From NCBI GenBank assembly GCA_951406725.2, contig OX597817.1:102982001-103046000 (forward strand): DNA of 64,000 bases. Direction: 5' to 3'. Both the position numbers and the translations under genes were made by a program. Origin of the DNA: Octopus vulgaris (lineage: Eukaryota). Below, piece by piece: positions 12,991 through 28,861 of the stretch. The notes beneath the pieces were generated by a model. It was not told the origin of the DNA. It saw only the letters and a list, made by a program, of their open reading frames with translations, and searched no databases. Every line of letters starts with the position of its first letter. Position 1 is the stretch's first letter.

Positions 12991-14344
12991 GTTTTTTTTT
13001 TGTTTTTTTTTTACATATATATATATACATATATACAAATACATGTAACATATATATATATATATATATATATATCAACTCTGGTTGAGATCCACTGAGG
13101 GAGATTAGGACTACATTAGTCTGTTGTCACTAACAGTGTGAGAGATATGACGGCTGTAGATTAGTAGAAAGTGAGATTGCCCAAGAAATTGCTTCATAGT
13201 TTTTTTTTAATATTATCTCTTTACTTTCAGATTTAAAAATCTATCTAGTGACTGCCAACTTTCATTTCTGCACTCAACAATATCCTTTTCTCACACACCA
13301 TATGACAGTTATATATGGCAAATGTAAAGGCATTCTATCTGAGATAAATAGTTCTGTATAAATATTGTATTTCACATGAAAAATAATCCAAAACATTAAA
13401 GCAATGAAATTTTATCTAATGGAGGTTAAAAAAACAGTAAGTCTTTTGGTCTGTTTTAATGTTTCAGATTATACAATAGAAAGGACCTAGGTTTTTTTGC
13501 TGAGGATGGCTATGTGGTAAATGGATGTATATAACATTGAATAATTGGACTAGTGTAGGTCAAGAAAATAACAGTAAAAAATGTATCTTAATTTTCAGTC
13601 CAGCAATGCATGTAACTCCTACTAAAGTGTTAAGTGCTTTTTCTTTGTCCACTTGTATAGTATGTGGTAAAAAAAAAGAGCAGAAATATTTGAAAGACAA
13701 TGTAGGAAGAAATCCGGAAGTGGGAGGGTTAAGGCAAACCTGATTTCATTTTTGCTTAAAACTTGTTTCCAGTTAATTCCTAATGTTGTTCTTGTCGTTT
13801 AGTTTGTTAACTCTAAATTTTACTATCATTTTTCATGTAGATGATGTTTGAATTATTTACAGATATATTTTCAACACGGATCAATGTGCAATATACTTAA
13901 TGGTCGTTGTATCACTGTTTTGGTAAATACAGTAAAAGCTATGCTCAAATTAACTGGCTCACCAAAAAATGGATCGAGATTAAAAAAAAAATATTCAAAA
14001 CTTAGTGCAGCAGCTAAATGAGTTGATAGGTTACTAGAATGATGAAAGTGTTCACAGTTCATATCTTATCTGTTGATATGTAAGAATTGTAGATTTACAA
14101 GTATTACACCAGCGCATGGTACACTGTAGTCAATCATATCCAATTATAAAGTAATGTTTGGACAAAGACAGGCCCAATAGATTTGACCAGTATTTTTATT
14201 GCATACTGAATTTCATTTCTATATCTTCTAATTATTTTCTCTTTTCCTTCGCTCTTTTTTCTCCCCCCCCCCCCACTCCACCTATACTTGACACACAAGT
14301 TGAACTGGAAATTACAATACATTTTCACTCTGTTTTGCCCCACA

Positions 14345-15090
14345 TACATTAGTCCATCTACATAAACACACCAACACCGGTTGTCAATCGGTGAGGGAGG
14401 GGACAAAGGCAGACACAAACATATGCAGATCACACACTCATATACACATGCACACATGATGGTCTTTCAGTTTCCATCTACTAAATTCACTCAAAAGGTA
14501 ATGGCTGACCCGAGGTAATAGTAAATAACACTTGCCCAAGGGGCCATGTAGTGAGACTGAACCTGAATCCATGCGACTGAGGAGTAAACTTCTTACTACT
14601 CGACTAACAAAAAAAAGAAAATGCAGATTATTTAATTGAAACTGAAGTTAATTTAATGTAACATTTTATTAGCCACATGTTCTTTTGCTTTTCCATCATC
14701 CTGCCCCATTATAGACATCAGCATAGACCAGTGCTCTATATCTATTATCTCTTACTTATTTCAGTCACTAAACTGTGGACATGCTGGGGCACCACCTTGA
14801 AGAATTTTAGTCAAACTAATCGACCCCAGTACTTATTTTTTTATTCTGTTGGTAATGTTTGTTGAACTGCTAAGTTATGGGGACAAAAACACACCTACAC
14901 CGGTTGTCAAGCAGCAGTGAGAACATAAACACACACAGACACACACACAACAGGCTTCTTTCATTTTCTGTCTTTGGTTGACCCAAGGCTATTGTAGAAG
15001 ACACTTGCCAAAGGTGCCATACAGTGGGACTGAACCTAGAACCATGTGATTGGGGAGCAAATCTCTTACCACACAGCCACATTTGCACCT
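14345..15090 (-). mobile_element. two decayed family-B SINEs
   Basis: Reverse-complement matches to 12320..12731 at about 14345-14600 and 14745-15090. Confidence 0.75.
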
Positions 15091-16839
15091 AAACATTAAA
15101 TTTTTATGGAAATTACTAATGACAGTGGCTATGAAGACTATTTTTTAATGTGCTTAAACTTTATTGTCCTTGGTTTAATTATTGTATTTCTAAGAAAAAT
15201 CACAACCCCTCTAAACTCCCTCCACCTTGAGATTTGCAACACCTGATATGTGACTACAATGTCCCTGAGTGGGCATTTGCAACCACATCAAGAACTGCTA
15301 GTGTAGAGGTGGTTTTGTTGGTTGGTTGGTTGGTTGGTTGGTTGGCTCATCTTCAACAGACATCATGGAGAATTTTTTTGTGTAAATCAGCTTCATGTGG
15401 GCCTATTCCTTTCTAAGGACCAGTAATGTGGATATTAATATATTTGATATAAGTCAAGAAATATCAAATTAATTCAAAGTACACTAAGACCTGTCTTAAC
15501 AGTCATATGGCCTCCTGGGAAAGCAATACACTGGGGACATTTATTGACAGCAAACCACAAATCAAAGTATACATAGGGCTCCTAAACCTGCAGGGTCCCT
15601 CAACCCATAAGGCCCTTGGGCAACTGACCAGTGTACCCATGCTTTAAGCCAATACCAATTATACCATTTGTGATGATGGAAAAATCACGCTGTTATGATT
15701 AATTCCATTCAAGAATGGCAGGGGAGGTCACCCCGGAAACTGAATTACTTAAAAACATTGAAACTAGTGATTACGAAGCCTGGATTTAGTAGTATGGTAG
15801 TAATTATGAACATGTCTGGATGTTGTTAGACCTGCGAAGGTAGACTATGTATTTGTGTCAATAAAATCAGTTAAACTGTTAATATCACATCAATTTAAAA
15901 TTTGGAAATGTAATTGAAATATATTTTAAGCTCGAGTTTGACTTTACTCGGTGAGAAAGAGAGAAGGGAGAGAGATAGAGAAGAAATGAGAGAGAGAGGG
16001 GAAGAGAAAGAAAGAGAGAGTAAAGGTCAGAATGTAGAATTATTTCTGTGGAACAATGTGTGTCTTGTGTCGTCAACATTTACAGGAAATACACAGGATA
16101 TCTACACTAGTAGTTATAGATAGTGTGAGCTAGTAAAATACTGAAGACCATATATAAGTGGATTAGAACAATGTTTGCAGAGGAAACAGCAGTTATTCTG
16201 CTACCAGTAGTAGTAGTAGTAGTCAGTGCTTCATTAGTAGTTTTATCAGCAAAAACAATAACCAACGTCACTACACTCCCTAACTGACATCTGGGTAGAA
16301 TATATTACGTTGAGAAGGTCCACTTGAACTAAAATATGTCTGTTGCTATCATCTGTTACTGTTAACATTAGATCCACTCCAAACGGCATTATTTATATCG
16401 TCCAAAAATTTAGATGAACTGAGCTTATTGAAGTTATCTCCCTTGTTTATTTAGATTCTGAACATCCCAGATAGAACATTTGTTGGCTAAATTGCTTGAA
16501 TAATCTCACTTTTCAACTCACTAGTTTCCATATGGTAAAGGCGCTTAGCCAAGAGGTTAGGATGTTACACTCATGATAGCAAGATCTTCATTTTGATTTC
16601 CAGAACAGTGGTGCAATGCGTTCTTGAGAAAAATACTTCATTTTACATTGCTCCAGCCCAGTAATTGACTTACCCTACAGACTAGTATTCCGTTCAGGAT
16701 AAATGTTGGTCAGCTCACCTAGCCAGCAAGGTAGCATCAATTGAAAGCTACTCCCCTTTGCATTGACTATATCGGAAAATAAAGAGAGAGTATTGTCTGC
16801 ATGTATGTGTGTGTGTGTGTGCATGCATACGTGTATACT

Positions 16840-18413
16840 ATACAAGTGGACAAAGAAAAAGCACTTAACACTTTAGTAGGAGTTACATGCATTACTTAAA
16901 ACAATTTGATTCAACTCCATGTGACTTAAAGTTTCATGGGCCTCTAACAGAAACCCATCTCTTTCAGGCTTGAATTACTGAATCTAAACCTGAAAGAGAC
17001 GGGTTTCTGTTAGAGGCCTCCAAAACTTTAAGTTGCATTGAACTGAATCAAACTGTTTTAATGTATGTATGTATGTATGTATGTATGTATGTGTATGTGT
17101 GTGTGTGTGTGTGTGTGTGTCATGCATGCATCTCTTCTATTTTTTAATTATTATAAATCTTTCACTGAGGAGAGAGCCAGTTTCCATCAAAGATACAAGG
17201 CTCTTTGGGATGTTGTTAACACAGACAAATTCACATTTGGAACTTGAGAAAAGTCTTGCATATTTTTACTGTTCCACTCACAGATTGTACTTGTATGAAT
17301 TAGCTGGTCAATTTCTCTTTCTGAAAATCCCAGTTTATCCAGATTCCCCTTTAAGCATTTACTAACAAAACCTAGTGCTCCTGTTATTATTGGTGTGAAT
17401 ATGAAGTCATAGTCTGAATATAGAAGCTGGAAGTTACGAAGCAGTTGTCCAAAGATATCCTCTTTCACTTTGATTTTCAAAGAGATATTTATATCTGCAG
17501 GGCAGCTGACCTCTATGATGGTACATACTTTTGCCCTTGTATCCCAAACAACAATATCTGGCCTGTTACGTTTACATTTGACAGAAGTTTTGATGGGAAT
17601 ATTCCACCAGTATTCCTTGAGTTGGTGTTTATCAATGTATTCCATAACAGAGGGATTTAAGTTAATTTCAGGAAAGTCTTTTTAGTGGATGGCATTGTAA
17701 ATTGTCTTAGCAACAACATCATACAATAAAGAGAAGTAGTATCATGACAACATTTTAAGGCACAGAAACATGACATAGCCTACACATGCGGTTGCACCTT
17801 AGAGCATCACTGTCTCTCTTCTTCCCCAAGCACTTTGTGGCAATCTCCTGCATAATTTGCAGAAGATGCAACGTTTCCAGAGAAAATCTTATGGAGCAAG
17901 TTAAATGGTTCAGTCAACCAACATAATTACACATACTGGGCCCATGAAAATCCACATTGGAACACTATCTGAACTTACCAGGCATTTCAGTGTGGTGTGG
18001 GATGTCAACATTGGGTATCGTTGAACCACTTTTTTTTACCAAACTGTCAGTGGCCCAGTTTACTTAAACCTACCGATGGAAAATGTTGGTCCACAACTTG
18101 AAGAGATGTTTGGGGATGAGGAGATTTACTTACAGCAAGATGGAGCTCCTCCTCACTACCATCGTGATGTACATGCTTACCTCGATGCAACAAATCCAAA
18201 CAAATGGATTGGGAAGAGAGGTAGTGTTGAATTTCCCGTACATTCCCCAGACCTCATGCCAATGGATTTTTTTATGGGGACATCTCAAAGATAAGGTTTA
18301 CACTGCAAAACCAGTAACAATTGATGGTTTGAAAAATGAAATTCGAATACAATGTCTTGCAATTCCAAATGAAATGTTTGCCAATGTATCAAGGTATCTT
18401 TTTACATCATCCC

Positions 18414-18416
<3 letters not shown>
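16840..18416 (+). mobile_element. Tc1/Tc3-like transposon remnant with nested LINE fragment
   Basis: [11 protein letters not shown]...WIGKRG...[20 protein letters not shown] in ORFs 18076 and 18083; TA-flanked ends tacaagtggacaaag... and ...catcatccctata. Confidence 0.75.
17160..17780 (-). mobile_element. RLE-type LINE (R4/Dong or NeSL-like) C-terminal fragment
   Basis: ORF 17187..17645 WWNIPI...NRPDIVVWD...CTIIEVSCP...PIITGALG is a restriction-like endonuclease domain. Confidence 0.85.
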
Positions 18417-18447
<31 letters not shown>

Positions 18448-18831
18448 CATACATATGTATATATACATACATGCAGATATATATATATATACACATACAT
18501 GCATATATATATATACATATGTATACATACATGCATATATATATATATATACATACATATATACACACACACATACATATATACGTACATGCATATATAT
18601 ACATACATATATACACACACACACATACATATATACGTACATGCATATATATACATACATATATACACACACATACATTATCTGGTAATTGATATTTGAT
18701 TTAGATGTATTTCTCCATTTTCTTATCTTGTATATATATATATATATATATACATACATATGTGAATGTATATATATATATATATATATACATACATATG
18801 TGTATGTATATATATATATATATATATATAC

Positions 18832-18886
<55 letters not shown>

Positions 18887-18940
18887 CATACATATGTATA
18901 TATATATATATATATATATATTACATACATACATACATAT

Positions 18941-18973
<33 letters not shown>

Positions 18974-18988
18974 CATACATATACATAC
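18415..18988. repeat. TA/CA compound microsatellite
   Basis: Direct inspection. Confidence 0.95.
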
Positions 18989-21124
18989 AACTGGATATAA
19001 ACTATATGCTTAATATATACCTATTGTTTTAAGGGAATATCATTCCCCAATAATACAAGATATTGAACCAGTATCTCCTTGGATGTAGCCATAGCTTTAC
19101 GAGGTTAACAAATCCTCTAATTAAATTTCATGTGCGTATATGTGTGTATGAAGATATGGTCCCCACCACCGCTTGACAGCAGGTGTTGTGCTTACGCCTC
19201 CGTTACTTTGCGTTTCGGCAAAGGACACCTATAGGGTAAGTATCAGGCTTTAAAAAAAGTACTAGGGTCGATTCATTCGACAAAAATTCTTCAAGGTTGT
19301 GCCCCAGCATGGCCACTGTCTAATGACAGAAACAAGAAAAGCATAAAAGATAAAATCTAGTCATACAGTAAGGCTTGTACTCGAGGAAAATAACTCGTCC
19401 CATAGCAAATATTAAGATATAAAGAGTTATGTCCCTTACCAAATTTTAACCACGAAGTAATCTATAAATTAGCCGTATCACTAAAACTCGAGTAAAGGGT
19501 CGAGTTTTTATTGTCTGGTGAATACCTAACGTTCTTGAATATGAAACTTACCGGTATTATGCTTAATCACTATCATTAAATATATTACAGTCGATTATAT
19601 TTATTTGTTCAAGTAAACACATGCATGTATATACAGCATGCATAGATGTGTGTGCGTGTGTCTTTGTATGTGTATGTATGTATATACACACACTCATATA
19701 TACATATATATACGCGCGTGCATACTAGCATCGGTATATACTGCAACGATGCTTTAGCAGTATCACAGCTGTGATATCCATGGCATGAATTCCTTTAGAA
19801 AGCAATTAATTTGTACCTTCTGCTTTTTAAGACTTAAAATATTTATCGATACCAACCTAGCTAGAACTGATTAATATAAGTCCTTCCATAAACCTAATGA
19901 GAACTTTAAATATATTGATAAACACTCCTGTCACGCACCTATTGTATTTAAAAATTTAATTCCAGATATTAGCAGTAGAATCACATGCCTTTCTTCTTCC
20001 AAAGAAATATTCGAAAAGACTGCCCCATATAATAATAAAGCTCTACAAGGTAGCAGCTTTACTGATAAAATCTTTTATAACCCACCACCTCCTCTATCAT
20101 CTAGTAACAATAGGTCACGGAAAGTTTTATGGTATGTCACCCTCTTCTCCCTTAATGTTAGGACAGATGTAGGTAGAAAATCTTGCATTTAGTAAAATCA
20201 CCATTAAAATTTAATAAAATTTAGAATTATATAATACTTTTCTTCAAGGCAAAACTCATATCTAAAATTGCCAATATAGAAAAGGTAATTCTACAAATCT
20301 TAGTAAATGCATTTGGAAATTAAAGGATAGGAACATTAAAAATGATTTAAAGTGGTCCATTATTAGTTATACACCATCGTACAATATTGGCAATTCAACG
20401 TGTGATCTTTACCTTGAAGAAATGTATTATATATTTACTTAATTTTATCAAATTTTCATGAAAATTATATAATACGATGTTGCCACAAATTTCAGAAAGC
20501 ATTTAGATATTTCAATTCTTAATTATAATTGCTTTCCATATGTTACATAATAGGCATAATTTTTCTAAAATGTTTACAATACTTAATAAATAGATAACTA
20601 ATTGTCGTGACGTAAAATCGCTGTTTGTAATTCTTGTTTATTTTTTATTATTTCGTTATCCACTGACGTCTCCAATAGTTGAATACATAAATAGCTTTTC
20701 TTAGACTGTTTCTTTTTTCTTTTTGTATGTGCTTGTGTACTGGAAATATTTCCTTAGTTCACTTTGAATTTAACTAACTTTGGATCGCCATAAAACGTTG
20801 GGTTAACATGTATTTTCGGAAATATCAATTTCAAATGTATTTTCTATATCGTACAATTAAAGATGTAATTTTTTCTGTATGTATTTCTGTTGTCTAATAC
20901 TCCGAACTTCTTGAAACTATTCTAAATGATATTTGGATCTACTTGTCATACTTGAAGAATTACCTTAGATGTGTGCTCTACTGGCATTTATTGGTGTCTG
21001 ATTGTTACATATAGTTAACCAGATTCGTTTAAAACTGAGTGCTTTATTGATATCTGTTTGGATTTCCTAATCCTTTTTTCTTTATATATATATATATATA
21101 TCTTATAATTAAGGGCTAAAGAAG

Positions 21125-21185
21125 CTCTACTGAAGAAGAATGTATCCTTTATAGGGATTAATTCCGAAATTGATTCAATATAGAG
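21125..21185 (+). ncRNA. type I hammerhead ribozyme motif
   Basis: CUCUA-CUGAAGA-[stem II GAAU..AUCCUU-UAU-AGGGAU..AUUC]-GAAA-UUGA-U-UCAA-UA^-UAGAG; stems I and III pair perfectly, with an A.C mismatch at the base of stem II. Confidence 0.8.
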
Positions 21186-21602
21186 ATAACGAAATTTAAA
21201 TTTTCCAAAGGTTAGTTGCCCGCTTTCAGTTCAATTTTCCTGTAACAAGTGGATTATAAGTGGATAAATCAGTGTATTGGCTTTAGAATAACCTTCTTTA
21301 ACCCTTAATTATAAGATGTTTATACTTCAACCGTAAAGGTTTTTTTTAATATACTGCCACGCTTTCTTATGGAATCCTTTTCTGTAGAGAAAGGGATTTC
21401 ATCCTATATTGTTAGTAGTAAACTCACTGCTTGTTACAAGGGGACCGGTAACCATTACAATATGTAGCGGCGATAGGTCAACACGTTGTTCTGAGACTGA
21501 CCAAAGATTTTTTATTTTTAGATATAAATGATGTAGTTGTGTTTTTAGCTTCTGCTTTTTCCATGATTACATGTGAGTATTTTATTTATATTCCCTCGTA
21601 AG

Positions 21603-21663
21603 CTCTACTGAATAAGAATGTATCCTTTATAGGGATTAATTCCGAAATTGATTCAATATAGAG
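21603..21663 (+). ncRNA. hammerhead ribozyme motif, core-mutated copy
   Basis: Identical to 21125..21185 except that the core reads CUGAAUA (G8 to U). Confidence 0.65.
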
Positions 21664-21886
21664 ATAACGAAATTTAAATTTTCTAAAGGTTAGTTGCCTG
21701 CTTTCAGTTCAATTTTCCTGTAACAAGTGGATAAATCAGTGTATTGGCTTTAGAATAACCTTCTTTAGCCCTTAATTATAAGATGTTTATACTTCAACCG
21801 TAGAGGTTTTTTTAATATACTGCTACGCTTTCTGATGGAATCCTTTTCTGTAGAGAAAGGGACTTCATCCTATATACTATTGTTAG

Positions 21887-23970
<2,084 letters not shown>

Positions 23971-24300
23971 GCTGGCAAGTATACAGTATTTCGTTTTGCA
24001 ACCATAGTACTACCAAGTATATTAAAAGTTTCTCAACCAAGTATATTAAAAGTTTCTCAACCACAGTGGGTTCAATCCCACTGTGTGACAGTGACACCAG
24101 AGCCAAGTGTCTTTTACTAGATCCTCAGGCCGACAAAAGCCTTGTGAGTGGATTTGGTTGGTGGAAACTGAAAGAAGCCTATCGTGTGTGTGTGTGTGTG
24201 TTTGTGAGTGTGTGTCCGTAACTTAGCGGTTCGGCAAAAGAGAATGATAGAATAAGTACTAGACTTAAAATTCTTCATGTTAGCAAAGTGTATGTCTGTG

Positions 24301-25091
24301 TGTGCGACATAAGTACATTTATAATAATAATAATCATAACAAAAGACAGGCTGTCAAGCATACAATAATGTGTATGTGTGTGAGATAAAATACAGAGCAT
24401 AGAAAGAGTCTATAACAGAACGCTAGAAGTTCAGGCACAAGATGAAGATAAATACCAGTTCGTAGTAAGGTACACAATAGTTGAAGAAGTTGTGGCTACA
24501 ATTGCAGAGCTGGTTGGACACATGTCGTGTAAGCGGTTGTGACTACTATGCTGTACCAGTTACTTGATACAGGTAATTCTTGCAGGTAGTTCTTGCTGTT
24601 AACCTTGATGAAGTATTCACAAACAGCGTGAAGATTAAACCAAAGCGAATGTTGCTGTGTACATAGAGATGTTGTTGGCGTCGTTAAGGTGAAAGCGACG
24701 GAGATGGAGGCGACGTAGATGGAGGTCCTGAATACTGCTGGACGAACGAGTTGATTCTCCAAGTTGTTGCTGGTGTAGTCGCTGGAACTGGCTGTGTGGT
24801 CAGTGGTCTAGAACCAAAGACGCTCTACTGGATGAATCGCTGTGTTTTATAGCAAATTATAGGCTCAAACGGAGCTTTAGAAAAACTGTGTCACGGGACC
24901 TTATCAGAAGGCTGCGATTGGTTGGGTTGCACATTGGTGCATAATAGAGTGAGAGTGAAACTGCGCCAAATCCAACCAATCAGAGTAATGGGCACAACAG
25001 GGCCCAAGGTGCCGAAGGTTAGCTGTTATCTGCTACGTCCGTATTTATATTATATATGACAGAGAGGGAATTTCACTAAGCGTCCGCTACA
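24301..25091 (-). mobile_element. probable solo LTR
   Basis: Minus strand starts TGTAGCG and ends GTCGCACA; two CCAAT boxes (~24917, ~24976), TATAAAA at 24851-24845 and a degenerate poly(A) signal near the 3' end; no clear TSD. Confidence 0.6.
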
Positions 25092-25270
25092 TACTGTACA
25101 CACACACATGCACATATATATATTTATGGGTGGTTGAGTGGGTAAGAGGACCGAGCGATAGTATTAAAAATATGTGACAAAGTAAAGTAAAAAATATTTT
25201 AGGAAAAGAAATATTTCAAAGAATGAGAAAGTGGAAAACTGAACAAATAATAATAACGAAAGAAACTTAC

Positions 25271-25382
25271 TCTCTCACACAGCAGTATATACCATCGAGT
25301 GATTCACAGCATCCGAATTTACAATAAACTTTATCTGTTGATCCTTGGTCATTTTGTATCAAACATACGTCGTCAGCCAAAC
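25271..25382 (-). CDS. CYYR1/Shisa-like gene, coding exon 2 (six-cysteine ectodomain)
   Basis: Acceptor ctttttcattatattactag|, donor GA|gtaagt; 112 nt encoding (G)LADDVCLIQNDQGSTDKVYCKFGCCESLDGIYCCVR(D), the C-C-CC-CC pattern of STMC6 proteins. Confidence 0.9.
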
Positions 25383-25677
25383 CTAGTAATATAATGAAAA
25401 AGGATCGCAATATTCTTATCATATGAATAACATTACAATAAAACATATTTCAACAAAAGCTTGTCCATTTTTCACACTGATTTTTATTTTATTTTATAAT
25501 AGAGAATAATATAAATATCAATTTAAGGTTATTACTGTAAAATGAATTCAAGAATACCATCAGTATATTATTGAAGGAGGGTGACACAGTAGAACCAAAT
25601 TTATTATAAAATCCGTTTATTGGGATTTTAAGTTTCGCCTTAAAGTGTCAGCGGAAGCGAATCTTATAACAGATTAA

Positions 25678-26663
25678 GGCAATACTTCCTTTTGGACCCC
25701 ACCCCAAAAACCCCACTTTGTTTTTTTATTTTTATAGGTTTTCGGGTACGGGGGTTACAAATCTGAAAAAAAAAAATTGGCAAAAATCGGTATATCAAAA
25801 TTTCAATCCCCTACACACACACTCTCCCATCAATTTCTTCAGTTTTCACTATTTTCAGGTTTTTTTTTGTTTTTTTTTTTTTGGCTAAATATGTAGAAAA
25901 ATACGGAGATTATGATTCTGAAAAAAGTTTTGTAAAATTTCAATTAAAAAAAAAAAAATTACCCCTCCTCCTCCTCTCGCAGTCTACGGCATAAACACGA
26001 AATTTTGAAACCCTTTTCGCCATTGCGCATGCATTGACTGCTACGCTAAAAGTGAAACTTTGGAAGTAGTGTGGTGATGGAATTTTCTTTTATATTTTCT
26101 TTTTTAAAATGCGGACGGCCCGATTCTGTTGTTCGTTTCTCTTTATGATTTCCAAATAACTTTTTAAATCGAAATCAAAATTGGGCGCATATGACGGAAA
26201 CGTAACCCACACGCTCCCGTACATTCAATAAGCTTTCAAGCAGTCTATCCACATGCTAGAAATAACAGCCGATTCTCACACAAACTGTTTTTCGCACATA
26301 GTTTTTGATAAAAGCTTTTACATATACGCTTCATATGGCCTAGAAGTCGATTGGGGATGAGATATTTCCTACGGTAAAAAGAGGTATTTAATTAAATTTT
26401 ACAAACATTTTCGGAATTTTTTTTTCAGAATCATAATCTCGTTATTTTCCCATATATTTGGCAGAAAAAAAAAAAAGAAAGAAAAAAACTGAAGAAAATG
26501 AAAACTGAAGAAACTGGCGGGGGAATTGAAATTTTGATATACCGATTTTTGTCAATTTTTTTTCAGATTCGTAATCTCCGTACCCGAAAACGGGGAGTTT
26601 TTGTAAAAAATAATATATATAATAAAAATAAAAAGTGGGGTGGATACAAAAGAAAGTCTTTCC
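25678..26663. mobile_element. non-autonomous TIR element, Merlin-like
   Basis: About 270-bp imperfect TIRs starting GG(C/A)AA; exact 8-bp TSD CAGATTAA at 25670-25677 and 26664-26671. Confidence 0.85.
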
Positions 26664-28205
26664 CAGATTAATATTTTAATTTCCTAAGATATAATAATTC
26701 CTAACAAAGTTGGAGAGGATATAGTGAATGCCAATAGTTGACTTGGTAGTTTATTTTATCGAAACTGGGAGGACGAAGGGCAAAGTCGACCCCGGCGAGA
26801 TTTGAATTAAGAATGTGAATTGACGTCACCCAATACTGCAAGGCATTCTTAATCCGATATTCTATCTCTTCTGTCAATTATATCTATTTTTGTAGGCTGT
26901 CCAACCTTACATTTAGTCAAGTGTATAAACAACATTGGTCAACAGATACTACTGACATCCAGGCCCGTCGCCAGACTTCGGTGCTTGAGGGTGCTTCAGA
27001 ATATTCTGGGTAAGCACTAATTTATAATAATGCTAAAGTGGAGTTTCGAAATAAGTATATTAGTGTAAATCTGAGGGTAAACTACTGAATAGTGAGGGGA
27101 CGGTGTCTGCCAGTGCACTCCCTAAGCGATGGGCATGCTGACGTCGATGAAAAATTGCTGCTTATACCATTGCAGAAAACTTTCAGAGATATATTTATAG
27201 GCAACTTTACTAAGATCGTATCTAACTGTTCCACTGATAGAGAATTATATAGGGCAAGTAAGTCCCATCTACTTTGCACGTGAGCTTAAGTTAAAAGGCC
27301 TGCACCAAATGTAGGACCGACCCAACTTCAGTCAAATCTATAGTATGAATGGTCGGTTATTTTCCATGACAAGGTGTAGTCAAGTAGTTTTCCTTCAACA
27401 TTGTATCTGTTGCGAGAGAAATGATACGCTGAACAATTTTTTTAAAGCTTCTCTCACAGGAGACCGTCAACAACAAAGTCTCAAAAGAAAATTGAATCGG
27501 ACGTATTAACATTTTATGAAAATTGAAAGTGTCAATGTTAGTGTGGATGATGGGCTCTATGCTCTGTTTCGTTTACAGGCTGAAATGAGGAGTGGGTATT
27601 TAATCGAAGCGAAGGAGAGGAGGGTAGAGTCAGGATTTTGGAATGTCATGCTTCTCGAAACATTTCCTTTTTTGTGGAAGGGGCATAATTCTTGATCACA
27701 CACACACACACACACAAATGCAAGCATATATGTTTGTGTGTTTATTTTTTAACACATCCCAACACACTAGGACGTGGATTTTATTTTGAAGAAAATTTCT
27801 TTCCATAGACTTCATGTATAAAAACACATCGAGCGGAGTGACGTCATTAAGCAAATGTTTTGGTCTGATTTTGCCTCTTCAGTGACTTGGAGCTGAACCC
27901 TGGCTTATTGTTCATATATATATAGGATACAGCAAACTATATATTTAGGAAATATATTGTTTGCTAAAACATTGTTATAAATTGCTGGGAGTCGTAATAG
28001 GATAATGTTGGGCTGATGAAACCAAATTGTGGTCGAAACAAAGATTATAGAATGTGCTTATCCAAATCATGATCATTTAACTGTGAAAATGTTTCTTAAT
28101 TTCTCGAAATTATCTCCCTTTCGCATTTCGAATTGATTCCCTTTCCTGCCTGTGAAAGACATTTTAGAAATTAAGAATTTATCGAGTACACCATTCAGTA
28201 TATCA

Positions 28206-28258
<53 letters not shown>

Positions 28259-28861
28259 GTACAACATATGGATTTATATAATCCAGCGGTAATCGCAAAA
28301 ATAGCTCCTCTTCTGGACCCGGCTTCATACTATATAGTAACCCAATACGTAGGAATGTAATGTGGAGTCCTCTGCAGTTGAAATCCAGTAAATCCAAGCA
28401 TTGAAAAATAATTCATGGAGAGTTTAGAGAATATACAGAAAGTCAGGAGGTATGAAACGAATATATTTATCTTACCAGCTATAATAATTTATTTCAGAGT
28501 ATGATAAATCATTTCTCATGTCTGCACTAGTATGTATGCTATAAATTGCATAGTTTACAAATTACAGTTTACAAACGAATGCAGATATAGAAGGCTATCA
28601 CTTCAAACCGACAGAATATCATGGCAGTGTGTGTGTGTGTGTGTACATACGACGGTCTTCTTTCAATTTCCGTCTATCATATCCACCCACAAGTCTTTGT
28701 TGGCCCGAGGCCATAGTAGAAGACACTTGCCCAAGATGCCATGCAGAGGACTGAACCTGGAACCATGTGACTGGGAAGCGCTTATGTATTGATAGTTTTA
28801 TAAAATAGTTGCATCATTATAATGAGTTCTGTTATTGTTATCGCTGCTGATAGTAGTGTTA

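Noticed and set aside
24011-24062. 24-bp tandem duplication accaagtatattaaaagtttctca
   Set aside because: Simple local slippage at a SINE head with no further structure.
28005-28065. CTGATGA-aaccaaattgtggtc-GAAAC hammerhead-like core
   Set aside because: Stem II is present but I could not form stem III with a UH site or stem I; at best a degenerate relic.
28475-28520. Minus-strand segment with ATG and strong donor (MRNDLSYSEINYYS|gtaaga)
   Set aside because: The acceptor is weak, it ends in phase 2 which is incompatible with exon 2, and it has no signal peptide; exon 39251..39308 fits much better.
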